From Parcubacteria group bacterium (GTDB taxonomy: Bacteria > Patescibacteriota > Minisyncoccia > Phycocordibacterales > UBA2100): DNA of 53,025 bases. The notes below the pieces were generated by a model that worked only from the letters and a program-made list of their open reading frames with translations, had not been told where the DNA came from and did not search any database. Below, in pieces: positions 37,062 to 46,826 of this stretch (the first letter of the stretch is position 1; every line of letters begins with the position of its first letter). A program made the translations under genes and the position numbers. The stretch is from NCBI GenBank assembly GCA_943358385.1, contig CALRGX010000007.1, forward strand, positions 1-53,025, given 5' to 3'.

Positions 37062-38717
37062 ATGGATGCCATAAACATCTTCGTCTTCTTTGCGTCAGCT
37101 CTCTCCCTGATTTTTGGGTTACTCGTCTACGCACGGAATAGGGAACATTCGACCAATAAAGCTTTTCTATGGTTTGCCATTACAGTGGGATCGTGGGCGC
37201 TCTCATTGGGGGTATTTAGAAGTGGTTTCGAAAATCTAGAACTGTACGCACGCCTCTTGTACGTTACCGCAGCGCTAATCGCATTTACGTTTGCCGTGTT
37301 CATGCGCCACTATGAAGCTGAGGATGACCCTTCGTGGTATTGGTACATTCTCGTAGGAATACCTACTGCATGCATTCTTTTCATTGCTGCAATCCCTGGA
37401 CTCTTAGTCATTGACGTTTTGCCGCGCCCCGGACAAGAATCATTCATTGTGCTCAATACGGTGCCTCACATCTTATACTTTGCATACATTGTCATTTCAG
37501 GGTTCGCAGGACTAGGCCTTCTCGCACAGCGCGCGTATCACAACACCCTCGGCGCGCGCAATAAGTACCTCTATATCATGGCAGCAACCGCGGTACCCAC
37601 CTCTGCTGGAGTAGTCTCGAACCTTCTTCTGCCGAGCATGGGGATTTTTGAATATAATTGGGTAGGCCAGGTATCCACCTTCGCCATGGTAACGATAATG
37701 GCGTATGGGATGTTCCGCCAGCAGATTTTCGACGCTCGCGTAATCGCGACTGAACTCCTTTTGTTCCTTCTCTGCAGCATTTCGCTTGGCCGTGTAGTAC
37801 TTTCGCAGTCATTGAATGAGATGTTCTTCAACATTGCTGCGTTCCTCGTCGTGGTAGGAGTGAGCGCGTTACTTTCTCGCAGTGTATATCGTGAAGTACT
37901 GGCCAAGGAGCAGATTGAAAAGCTTGCAAGCAGCTTAAGTGTGGCGAATGAGCATCTGCGCGAGCTCGATCGGCAGAAATCGGAATTTCTCTCTATTGCT
38001 TCACACCAGTTGCGTACTCCACTTGCAGCCATTCGCGGTTATGCGTCTCTCATGATCGAAGGGTCCTACGGCACAATCACCGAAGCCCTCCTCGTCCCCG
38101 CACGCACCATATTTGCCTCAAGCACACGCATGGCAGACACGGTGGAAGATTTCTTGAACGTGTCTCGCATTGAGCAAGGAAAGATGGACTACCGTTTCAA
38201 AACCGAAGATTTGAAGATACTCACCACGCAAGTTGTGACCGAATTGAACATTGCGGCGAAAAACAAGAAGCTGGACCTCACCTACGACGATGATGCCCGT
38301 GGTCCATACATGGTCACCATCGACTCATCAAAAGTACACCATGTAATATCCAACCTGGTAGATAACGCCATCAAATACACTCCGCGCGGCTCGGTGCATG
38401 TACGCATTGAACGCCACCAGAACGAGAGAGAGGTATGTGTACACATTTCAGATACCGGTGCTGGTATTTCCAAAGAAACCATTGGAACTTTGTTCGACAA
38501 ATTCGTCCGTGCACGAAACGCGCAGGACATCAACGTCACCGGAACCGGCCTCGGACTCTACGTTGCCCGCGAGATGCTCAAGGCTCACAAGGGGAGCGTT
38601 ATGGCACAATCCGATGGGGAAGGGAAAGGATCCACCTTTGTCATTTGCCTGCCGCTCTCTGCGCCACAGCCTGCCAAAATGGCCCCCATATCAAGCACTT
38701 CACCGCGCACCCTCTAA
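37062..38717 (+). CDS. sensor histidine kinase with an N-terminal 7TM-type membrane domain
   Basis: About 7-8 TM N-terminus; H-box ASHQLRTPL, N-box NLVDNAIKYT, DTGAGI, LFDKF, GTGLGL. Confidence 0.93.
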   Translation: MDAINIFVFFASALSLIFGLLVYARNREHSTNKAFLWFAITVGSWALSLGVFRSGFENLELYARLLYVTAALIAFTFAVFMRHYEAEDDPSWYWYILVGIPTACILFIAAIPGLLVIDVLPRPGQESFIVLNTVPHILYFAYIVISGFAGLGLLAQRAYHNTLGARNKYLYIMAATAVPTSAGVVSNLLLPSMGIFEYNWVGQVSTFAMVTIMAYGMFRQQIFDARVIATELLLFLLCSISLGRVVLSQSLNEMFFNIAAFLVVVGVSALLSRSVYREVLAKEQIEKLASSLSVANEHLRELDRQKSEFLSIASHQLRTPLAAIRGYASLMIEGSYGTITEALLVPARTIFASSTRMADTVEDFLNVSRIEQGKMDYRFKTEDLKILTTQVVTELNIAAKNKKLDLTYDDDARGPYMVTIDSSKVHHVISNLVDNAIKYTPRGSVHVRIERHQNEREVCVHISDTGAGISKETIGTLFDKFVRARNAQDINVTGTGLGLYVAREMLKAHKGSVMAQSDGEGKGSTFVICLPLSAPQPAKMAPISSTSPRTL

Positions 38718-38735
38718 GTGCTAGGATAATGACCT

Positions 38736-39671
38736 ATGAAGCGATTCTTGACTGGCTTACAGCCTTCCGGGGCATTACATATAGGCAACTATTTTGGAGC
38801 CCTGAAGCCTTTTGTTGACCAATACCGCTCCTATGAAAGCTTCCTGATGGTTGTCGACTACCACGCACTCACCTCGCTCAAAGACCCTGCGGCACTCCGC
38901 GAAAACATCCTGAGTGCCACCAAAGACTACTTGGCGGCGGGAGTCGACCCAGAACAGGTCACACTCTTCCAACAATCTCAGGTGCAAGAGCACACCGAGC
39001 TTGCTTGGATTCTGGAATGTTTGGTGACAGTACCGTTTTTGGAACTCTCACACGCCTACAAAGACAAGTTAGCAAAAGGACTGGAAGCGAACGCAGGACT
39101 CTTTAACTATCCGATGCTCATGGCCGCCGATATTCTTTTGTACGACACCGACATCGTGCCAGTAGGAGCCGACCAACGACAGCACGTCGAATACGCCCGC
39201 GAAGCTGCGGCAAAATTCAACAACACGTACGAACTGCTCTTTAAAGAACCACAGGGCCTGATCCAAGAAACAGTAGCAACGGTGCCAGGGACGGACGGGA
39301 AGAAAATGAGCAAAAGCTATAAGAATACGATTCCTCTCTTTGGTTCACGCGACGACATTGCACAAGCGGTCATGTCTATTGTGACCGACTCGAGCGGGGA
39401 GAGACCAGAGCACGTATACGCAATCCACTCACTTTTCAAAGACGCGCCTGCATTAGATGCACTCTATGAGGTGCATCGCGGTAAATACAAAGCGCTAAAA
39501 GAAGCGCTTATCGAAGATGTCGATGCGCTCGTGGCACCCATGCGCGAGAAGCGAGCCTCCATCAGTGATGCGGACGTCGTGCGCGTACTTGCCGAGGGAA
39601 GTGCCCGTGCAAAAGAAAAGGCTGGTGCAAAAATGCAGGCAGTGCGCAAAGCTATTGGCGTAGTACTATAA
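38736..39671 (+). CDS. trpS: tryptophan--tRNA ligase
   Basis: TGLQPSGALHIGNY, YPMLMAADIL, VPVGADQRQH, KMSKS. Confidence 0.97.
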   Translation: MKRFLTGLQPSGALHIGNYFGALKPFVDQYRSYESFLMVVDYHALTSLKDPAALRENILSATKDYLAAGVDPEQVTLFQQSQVQEHTELAWILECLVTVPFLELSHAYKDKLAKGLEANAGLFNYPMLMAADILLYDTDIVPVGADQRQHVEYAREAAAKFNNTYELLFKEPQGLIQETVATVPGTDGKKMSKSYKNTIPLFGSRDDIAQAVMSIVTDSSGERPEHVYAIHSLFKDAPALDALYEVHRGKYKALKEALIEDVDALVAPMREKRASISDADVVRVLAEGSARAKEKAGAKMQAVRKAIGVVL

Positions 39672-39676
39672 AATAT

Positions 39677-41020
39677 ATGGAAAGAATACTCATTGGTGAA
39701 TTGGGCGCGCACATCGGCAAGAAGGTAACCATTAAAGGTTGGGTGGACGCCCGACGCGACCATGGCAAATTGATTTTCATGGTAGTGCGCGATCGCAGCG
39801 GCATCGTACAAGCAGTCGTCCATGCATCCGCTCAGGAACCTTTTGCTGCGCTTGCTGATGCAAAGGGGGAATGGGTTATTGCATTATCAGGAACCGTCCA
39901 AGAGCGACCAGAAAAAATGCGCACCGCTGGCCAAAATGGCAACCTTGAGCTCTCGATCGAATCTGCACAGATTCTCTCCAGTGCACACCCTCTCCCATTC
40001 GAGCACGATGCAGAGCTCAACATCGACACGTACTTTGACCACCTACCGCTCACTCTGCGCCGTAAGCGTGCGCGCGACATCTTCACGATGGCAGCAACCG
40101 TGGTGCAGGAGTATCGTCATGCGCTTGTTCGCCGCGGATTCACTGAATTCCAAGCACCAGCTCTTGTGGGAGGAGATGCGGAAGGCGGTGCCGCAGTATT
40201 TAAGGTGGGCTACTATCACGATCAAACGGCGTATCTGGCCACATCGCCACAGCTCTACAAGCAGATTATGGTAGGTGCATTTGAGCGGGCATTTACTATT
40301 GCCAAAATATTTCGCGCTGAAAAAAGTGCGACCACACGCCACTTGGCTGAGCTCACTCAAATGGACTTTGAAATGGGATTTGTTGAAGATCACCGAGATG
40401 TTCTCGAAGTACTTGAGGGCGTGGTGCGCGACGTGGTCACCACTGCCTCACAGAAGCACGCAGATATGTTTGCCGCTTTTGGCAGCACCGCACCGCTTTT
40501 GCCTAAGGGGACGTTTCCAACGCTCACGCTTACAGAGGCGCAGGACATTCTAGAAGATGAGTGCGGCGTCAAAGCTCGCGGCGAGCCGGATATGGAGCCG
40601 GAACATGAGCGCAAGATATGCGAATGGGCCAAAGAAAAGCATGGTTCTGATTTTGTATTCATCACCGCATATCCAACCAGCAAGCGCGCTTTCTACACGT
40701 ATGAAGACCCTGTCGAAGCACCATTCTCGCGTGGCTTTGACCTGCTGTTTCGTGGTTTGGAAATCAACAGCGGAGCACAGCGCATTCACAACTACGACGA
40801 CCTGGTCGCGAAAATTAAGGCACGCGGCATGGACCCTGAAAAGTTTGCGTTTTATCTGGAAGCATTTAAGTACGGAATGCCGCCCCACGGAGGGTGTTCT
40901 ACTGGCCTCGAGCGTTTTGTGGCGCGGATGCTTGAGCTGCCAAACGTCAAGGAAGCAACTCCGTTCCCACGCGATATGACACGCATTGATACGCGCCTCT
41001 CTCACCACGAAGAGCAGTAA
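39677..41020 (+). CDS. aspS: aspartate--tRNA(Asp/Asn) ligase, archaeal-type non-discriminating form
   Basis: OB-fold N-terminus, AEGGAAVF, LATSPQLYKQ, FRAEKS, YGMPPHGG; 447 aa without a GAD insert. Confidence 0.88.
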   Translation: MERILIGELGAHIGKKVTIKGWVDARRDHGKLIFMVVRDRSGIVQAVVHASAQEPFAALADAKGEWVIALSGTVQERPEKMRTAGQNGNLELSIESAQILSSAHPLPFEHDAELNIDTYFDHLPLTLRRKRARDIFTMAATVVQEYRHALVRRGFTEFQAPALVGGDAEGGAAVFKVGYYHDQTAYLATSPQLYKQIMVGAFERAFTIAKIFRAEKSATTRHLAELTQMDFEMGFVEDHRDVLEVLEGVVRDVVTTASQKHADMFAAFGSTAPLLPKGTFPTLTLTEAQDILEDECGVKARGEPDMEPEHERKICEWAKEKHGSDFVFITAYPTSKRAFYTYEDPVEAPFSRGFDLLFRGLEINSGAQRIHNYDDLVAKIKARGMDPEKFAFYLEAFKYGMPPHGGCSTGLERFVARMLELPNVKEATPFPRDMTRIDTRLSHHEEQ

Positions 41021-41091
41021 CGCTCGTGCCGATTAAAACAAATTGGATACATACATTTGTCAATAGTCGGTCTGTAGGCGATACTGCCTAC

Positions 41092-41817
41092 ATGGGTGAA
41101 TACGCAATCAAACACAACGATTTTGAAGGGCCACTCGACCTACTGCTCACGCTCATCAACGAGCGAAAATTGTATATTAACGAAGTGTCTCTAGCCGAGG
41201 TCACCAACGGTTATATTACGTACGTCCAAAATCTAACCGCACACCCGCTGGCTGAAACAGCTCAGTTTGTGTTGGTGGCCTCAACCCTCCTTCTCATAAA
41301 ATCACGCTCGCTATTACCCAATATGCCCCTTACCGAAGAAGAGGAAGGTGGAATCGAAGAGTTAAAAAATCGCTTGGCGCACTATCAAACAATTCGCGAC
41401 GCAACTAAGCTGATGCGCGCGCAGTGGGGGACCCAGATCCTAACCTTCCCGCAGAAACAACCGTATCAGCGGCCCATTATCTTTAGCCCTGGCGAAGCGA
41501 CGGCGTTGCGTCTCCATGCAACACTTCTGAACATTATCCATGCTCTCCCTGTGCAGACTTTTCGCCCAGAGGCAGTCGTAGAGCGGATTATATCGTTGGA
41601 GGAAATGATCACCCAAGTCCGAGACCGTGTACTTCGCGCTGCACGCACACGATTTAGTGAGCTCGCAAAAGGCGCCTCAAAAGCCGAGGTGGTACTCCAG
41701 TTTCTAGCACTTCTGGAGCTGGTAAAAGGAGGGTTTGTACAGGCAGAGCAAGCAAGAACTTTCGATGATATACTCCTCGAATCTCACATAGTGGAGACAC
41801 CCCGCTACGGCGCATGA
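41092..41817 (+). CDS. scpA: segregation/condensation protein A
   Basis: FEGPLDLLLTLI, LLLIKSRSLLP, FLALLELVK; start reassigned to 41092. Confidence 0.93.
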   Translation: MGEYAIKHNDFEGPLDLLLTLINERKLYINEVSLAEVTNGYITYVQNLTAHPLAETAQFVLVASTLLLIKSRSLLPNMPLTEEEEGGIEELKNRLAHYQTIRDATKLMRAQWGTQILTFPQKQPYQRPIIFSPGEATALRLHATLLNIIHALPVQTFRPEAVVERIISLEEMITQVRDRVLRAARTRFSELAKGASKAEVVLQFLALLELVKGGFVQAEQARTFDDILLESHIVETPRYGA

Positions 41818-41821
41818 GGCT

Positions 41822-42370
41822 ATGGACACGACTAACACATTGGAGGCATTACTTTTTGCGGCGGGTGAACCTCTGGAAATCACGCGCATCTCGACCTTGT
41901 TGGAATGTACATCAATCCGTACTCAAGAGCTCTTGCATGAACTAGAAGCACGACTCGTGCACGGCACGAGATTACTAATTACCGACACTACGGCCGCACT
42001 CCTCACTGCTCCGGAAGCGGCACCTGTTTTAGAAAAACTTTTTTCGATTGAGGGTCGCGACATTGGACCCGCGGGACTTGAAGTACTCACACTTATTGCA
42101 TACGAAGGCCCTTTGACCAAAGTACACATCGACCATGTCCGCGGAGTGAATTCATCATCAACACTGCGAGCCTTGATGCAACGCGGTCTCATCGAACGGA
42201 CAAAATCCGGTAAAGAAAATGTCTATGGCCCGACCATCGAGCTCTTAGCGCATCTAGGTATCACGAGAGTAGACCAACTACCTGATTTTGAGAAGCTGAC
42301 ACACGAACTTTCACAGTACCGTGTACGCACGTCAGAGCCGGATGCTACGGTAAAAGAAGCAACGTTATGA
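41822..42370 (+). CDS. scpB: SMC-Scp complex subunit B
   Basis: LEALLFAAGEPL, LEVLTLIAYEGPLT, RGVNS, YGPTIELLAHLGI. Confidence 0.93.
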   Translation: MDTTNTLEALLFAAGEPLEITRISTLLECTSIRTQELLHELEARLVHGTRLLITDTTAALLTAPEAAPVLEKLFSIEGRDIGPAGLEVLTLIAYEGPLTKVHIDHVRGVNSSSTLRALMQRGLIERTKSGKENVYGPTIELLAHLGITRVDQLPDFEKLTHELSQYRVRTSEPDATVKEATL

Positions 42371-43281
42371 ACAACACCGCTTTTCGCGCTATTTTGGCAG
42401 CCGCCATGGGCCTAGGGACACTCTCCTTGGCGCTTGCGCTCCAGGTACCACCTGAAACACCGCGCATCCAAAGTGCAGCCGCAATCGCAGCCATAGCCGC
42501 ACCGTATGTAGAAGCAGATGCTGCCATTGTGTACGACGTGCGAGACCGAAAAATTCTTTTTCAAAAAAATGCCACGGCACAGATGCCTTTGGCTTCCATC
42601 ACGAAAGTGATGACAGTCATGGTGGCGAGCGAGGTACTTGATCCTAACGAAATCGTAACGATTCCAGAGGAAGCACTTTGGCGAGACGGGGAAAGTGGGC
42701 TCGTAGCCGGCGCATCGTGGCACGTGCGTGATCTGGTCGACCTAGTACTGATCATTTCATCAAACGATGGTGCCGAAGCGTTGAAGCTGCTCAGCGAAGA
42801 GCGTGTAGCATCTCGGTATGCACGCGCACCAAAAGGTGGCGCATTTATGTGGCGCATGAACGAGCGTGCACGTGAGCTCGGTCTTGAGCACACTTATTTC
42901 CTTGACGTCACTGGTCTTGATAAAAGCCCTACCATGGCGAGCTCGTATGGTACCGCTTTCGACATAGCAAAAATGATTGCCGCCGCAGGCCTCGAGCATG
43001 AGACGTGGTTTTCTGGAACCGCAAAGGACGGTCTCCTGATTGTGCCTGAAGACACTACCAGTATCACTGCAGAGAATACCAACGAAGCACTCGACAGTAT
43101 TTCTGGACTCATTGCAGGCAAAACTGGCTACACCGATTTGGCGCAAGGCAATCTCGCTATTGTATTTGACGCTGACTTGGCGCACCCGATTGCAGTAGTA
43201 GTCCTTCATTCAAGCAAGGCAGGTCGCTTCAGCGATGTCGAAACACTGGTATCGTTTGTTCGTAACGCTGCACATCAATAA
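42367..43281 (+). CDS. D-alanyl-D-alanine carboxypeptidase (S11 serine hydrolase)
   Basis: SxxK (ASITK), SxN (SSND), KTG (GKTGYT). Confidence 0.92.
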   Translation: MNNTAFRAILAAAMGLGTLSLALALQVPPETPRIQSAAAIAAIAAPYVEADAAIVYDVRDRKILFQKNATAQMPLASITKVMTVMVASEVLDPNEIVTIPEEALWRDGESGLVAGASWHVRDLVDLVLIISSNDGAEALKLLSEERVASRYARAPKGGAFMWRMNERARELGLEHTYFLDVTGLDKSPTMASSYGTAFDIAKMIAAAGLEHETWFSGTAKDGLLIVPEDTTSITAENTNEALDSISGLIAGKTGYTDLAQGNLAIVFDADLAHPIAVVVLHSSKAGRFSDVETLVSFVRNAAHQ

Positions 43282-43286
43282 TATTT

Positions 43287-44351
43287 ATGGCAGATTTATT
43301 TAAAGTTATCGCACCTGCTGTACTTACTTTTGCCGTCGGTATCGCTATTACGCCGCTTATTACGCACTATCTGTATCAATACCGCGTCTGGAAAAAACAA
43401 GGCGCACGCCAAGCACTTGATGGCACCGACGCATCAGAATTTAACCGTCTCCATGGCAACCTTGAAACTGAAGTACGCACACCACGTATGGGGGGTATCG
43501 TCATCTGGGGGAGCGTACTGTTGACTGTCTCAGGTATCACACTAGTCGCCAGTGTATGGCCCACTGCTGCCACCGTTAAATTCGACTTTCTTTCACGAGA
43601 TCAGACGTGGATACCTCTCATGACGCTCCTCATCGGTGCGTTGGTAGGATTCATCAATGACGTCCTCGATGTTGTTGAAGGTGGGAAAGGTTTAGCACTG
43701 CGGTATCGATTGCTGATTATTTTTCTGCTCTCTACCTTTATCGGGTGGTGGTTCTACGACAAGCTTGATGTGGTCACGCTCGGTATTCCATTCTTCACAC
43801 CAGTTCATCTAGGTATCTTCATCATTCCGCTGTTTATCGCCACGGCGATGACGCTATACGCGAGCGGAGTCATTGATGGCATCGACGGTCTCTCGGGCGG
43901 CGTGTTTGCTGCAATATTTGCGTCTTACACCATGATTGCCTTTACCCAGAATCAAATTAACCTTGCAGCGTTTGCCGCCTCCATTCTGGGCGGTATTCTG
44001 GCGTTTCTGTGGTTCAACATCCCACCAGCACGCTTCTACATGACCGAAACCGGCACCATGGCGCTCACACTCACTATTGCGGTCCTCGCCTTTACCACTG
44101 ACACACTGGGAAACGGCATCGGTGTCGCTGTGTTGCCTATCATTGGCTTTCTGCTGTTTATTACAGTGGCATCAAATGTTATCCAGGTAGCAGGGAAGAA
44201 ACTTTTCGGCGTAAAAGTTTTTAGAATCGCACCGCTGCATCACCACTTCGAAGCCATAGGCTGGCCAGGCTACAAAGTGGTGATGCGCTACTGGGTTCTA
44301 GCCGTGATCTGTGCGTTTATGGGCGTCCTCCTGGCACTTATCGGTGCATAA
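43287..44351 (+). CDS. mraY: phospho-N-acetylmuramoyl-pentapeptide transferase
   Basis: TPRMGG, GFINDVLD, DGIDGL, FYMTETG, APLHHHFE. Confidence 0.9.
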   Translation: MADLFKVIAPAVLTFAVGIAITPLITHYLYQYRVWKKQGARQALDGTDASEFNRLHGNLETEVRTPRMGGIVIWGSVLLTVSGITLVASVWPTAATVKFDFLSRDQTWIPLMTLLIGALVGFINDVLDVVEGGKGLALRYRLLIIFLLSTFIGWWFYDKLDVVTLGIPFFTPVHLGIFIIPLFIATAMTLYASGVIDGIDGLSGGVFAAIFASYTMIAFTQNQINLAAFAASILGGILAFLWFNIPPARFYMTETGTMALTLTIAVLAFTTDTLGNGIGVAVLPIIGFLLFITVASNVIQVAGKKLFGVKVFRIAPLHHHFEAIGWPGYKVVMRYWVLAVICAFMGVLLALIGA

Positions 44352-44360
44352 TAGTGGGGT

Positions 44361-45458
44361 ATGTCTGCCGCGCGTCGCATTATAGATAAGCCGTTGCTTT
44401 TTCTCACCGCACTCCTCGTTTTCGTGGGGGTATTTGTATTTAGCTCCGCATCATTGGGGCTCTTGGCTCGCGGATCGGCCGTCACTTCTATGGCACTCAA
44501 CCATCTTCTCTTGGGCCTAGGTGGCGGCACGCTAGCGCTTTTTATTCTTAGCCGTTTGAACTACCGATTACTCAAAACACTGGCGCCATACGCGTTTGGG
44601 TTCTCGCTGATCCTCACGGCGCTCGTTTTTGTACCTGGTATCGGCTATAGCGCAGGTGGCGCAGCGCGATGGATTGCATTTGCCGGATTTTCTATGCAGC
44701 CCAGCGAGCTTCTGAAACTCACCAGTGTGATGATGATGGCGTACCTTTTAGTGGAGTATCGCACGCGTGTCCAAGAATACTGGGGCCTCGCACTTTTGGG
44801 TGGCGTCCTCGTGCTTCCTGCAGCGCTCGTCTTGATGCAGCCCGATACCGGCACCTTTGGCGTGATTGCGTGCGGTACCTGCGCCGTCTATTTTGCCGCA
44901 GGCACGAGGTTGCGAGACATTGCCATCGTGGCAGCAGTGGGCATAGCGCTTTTAACCGTGCTCATATTTACTCGACCGTACGTGATGGAGCGGGTGCGCA
45001 CGTTTATGAATCCTGCGCATGACCAGCGTGGTAGCAGCTACCAAGTAAAGCAGTCGCTCATTGCAATCGGTTCTGGTGGATTTCTCGGCCGCGGGTATGG
45101 ACAGAGCATTCAAAAATTTGAATACTTGCCGGAGCCAGTGAACGATTCAATTTTTGCCGTCGCCAGTGAAGAATTCGGTTTTGTTGGGTCAACACTCATT
45201 ATTCTCATGTTTATCGCATTCGCTGCTCGCGGGTTCTGGCTTGCAACAAAGGTCCCCGATGCATTCGGATCGCTCTTGATTGTGGGCATTATTACGTACA
45301 TTTCGATTCAGGCATTCATCAACATCGCATCCATGCTCTCCTTAATGCCTCTCACGGGCATTCCACTGGTATTCATGAGCCAAGGAGGGACTGCGCTCTT
45401 AGTTGCCCTGAGTGCAGTTGGAGTGGTCCTGAGCGTCTCGCGCTCAGCGACCAGGTAG
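44361..45458 (+). CDS. ftsW: SEDS family peptidoglycan polymerase (FtsW)
   Basis: GAARWI, QPSELLK, QPDTGT, LPEPVNDSIFA, GIPLVFMSQGG; located between mraY and murG. Confidence 0.88.
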   Translation: MSAARRIIDKPLLFLTALLVFVGVFVFSSASLGLLARGSAVTSMALNHLLLGLGGGTLALFILSRLNYRLLKTLAPYAFGFSLILTALVFVPGIGYSAGGAARWIAFAGFSMQPSELLKLTSVMMMAYLLVEYRTRVQEYWGLALLGGVLVLPAALVLMQPDTGTFGVIACGTCAVYFAAGTRLRDIAIVAAVGIALLTVLIFTRPYVMERVRTFMNPAHDQRGSSYQVKQSLIAIGSGGFLGRGYGQSIQKFEYLPEPVNDSIFAVASEEFGFVGSTLIILMFIAFAARGFWLATKVPDAFGSLLIVGIITYISIQAFINIASMLSLMPLTGIPLVFMSQGGTALLVALSAVGVVLSVSRSATR

Positions 45459-45641
45459 GTAGTGCTCACATTCTCGCGCCTAGAAAAAATGCCGAAATTT
45501 CGAGCGAAAGACGAGGTGGAGGTTGAAGTGTATCGAGATACACTGAGGCTGAACCGAAGTCGTGCAGCCGAAATCCCGGTGTTTTGGCGGGCGAGCAATG
45601 GATTTCCTTTACTTTCGCGGCGAGAATGTGAACATTACCTA
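45456..45641. mobile_element. MITE-like element with ~20-bp terminal inverted repeats flanked by TA
   Basis: TA-GGTAGTGCTCACATTCTCGC (45458-77) versus GCGAGAATGTGAACATTACC-TA (45620-39): 18/20 complementary; non-coding interior with hairpins. Confidence 0.6.
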
Positions 45642-45682
45642 ACCATGACGTCAGGGCGTATGTCTTGTACAATGAGCACACT

Positions 45683-46822
45683 ATGAAAATTGCCTTTGTT
45701 GGTGGGGGAACAGGGGGCCATTTCTACCCCTTGATTGCAGTAGCTCAGCAGATGCACCACATTGCCGAAGAGCGCCGCCTCATCGAGCCAACACTGGTCT
45801 ACATAGGCCCTACACCATTTGAAGCCGCAACACTGGCCGAGCAGAACATGGAGTTTTATCAGAGTCCTGCAGCGAGTGTCACGAGCTATGCTTCACCTGC
45901 CAAGAATGCTACAGGCGGCATCAAAATTTTTTTTGGTGTCATTGCGTCACTCTTTCAGCTGTTTCGTATTTTCCCTGACGTCATTTTCTCTACCGGTGGC
46001 TACGCGGCATTTCCTACACTTTTTGCAGCGCGTATATTGGGTATACCCGTGGTTATTTACGACGCTGATGCAGTTCCTGGCAAAGTATCTTTGTGGTCGT
46101 CAAAATTTGCGCGCTGGATTGCGGTGGCCCACCCCGACGCGGCGATGAATTTCCCTGCGGCGGTACATAACAAAATTGTGCGAACGGGGCACCCTATTCG
46201 CGTTGAAATTGAGCATACGACTTCCGAAGGTGGGCACGAGTTCCTAAAGGTTGACCCCACCCGTCCCACCATTCTCATCCTAGGAGGATCCATGGGCGCC
46301 CAAGCTATTAACAACGTAGTGGTGAGCACACTACCCGAGTTGCTGAACCGTTTCAACATCATCCACCAAACCGGTCGTGCCAACCTCGATGAGGTGGCAG
46401 GGATGGCGCGCATCAGCGTGCCCACCATGGACGAACACTACCGACCCTTTGGCCTTTTGAATGCACTTGCACTACGTATGGCTGCCGGCATTTCATCGAT
46501 GGTTATTTCACGGGCAGGATCGGGCACCATATTTGAAATCGCTTCGTGGGGTCTGCCCGCTATCATCGTGCCGATTCCCGAAACGGTGTCGCATGACCAA
46601 ACGAAGAATGCATTCTCCTACGCCCGCTCTGGTGCGGCCATTGTGATGGAACAACAAAACCTCACGCCACATATTTTGATTGCTGAAATTGAACGAATTA
46701 TGCAGTCGCCAGAAACGCTCGCGCGAATGCGCGAGGCCGCGAAGACTTTCTCACAGCCTGATGCAGGAAAAAAAATCGCACGCGTATTGATTGACATTGC
46801 GCTCGAACACACTGATAAATAA
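45683..46822 (+). CDS. murG: undecaprenyl-PP-MurNAc-pentapeptide GlcNAc transferase
   Basis: GGGTGGHFYP, TGGYAAFP, ILGGSMGA, HQTG, ISRAGSGT, HDQTKNA. Confidence 0.96.
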   Translation: MKIAFVGGGTGGHFYPLIAVAQQMHHIAEERRLIEPTLVYIGPTPFEAATLAEQNMEFYQSPAASVTSYASPAKNATGGIKIFFGVIASLFQLFRIFPDVIFSTGGYAAFPTLFAARILGIPVVIYDADAVPGKVSLWSSKFARWIAVAHPDAAMNFPAAVHNKIVRTGHPIRVEIEHTTSEGGHEFLKVDPTRPTILILGGSMGAQAINNVVVSTLPELLNRFNIIHQTGRANLDEVAGMARISVPTMDEHYRPFGLLNALALRMAAGISSMVISRAGSGTIFEIASWGLPAIIVPIPETVSHDQTKNAFSYARSGAAIVMEQQNLTPHILIAEIERIMQSPETLARMREAAKTFSQPDAGKKIARVLIDIALEHTDK

Positions 46823-46826
46823 GCCT

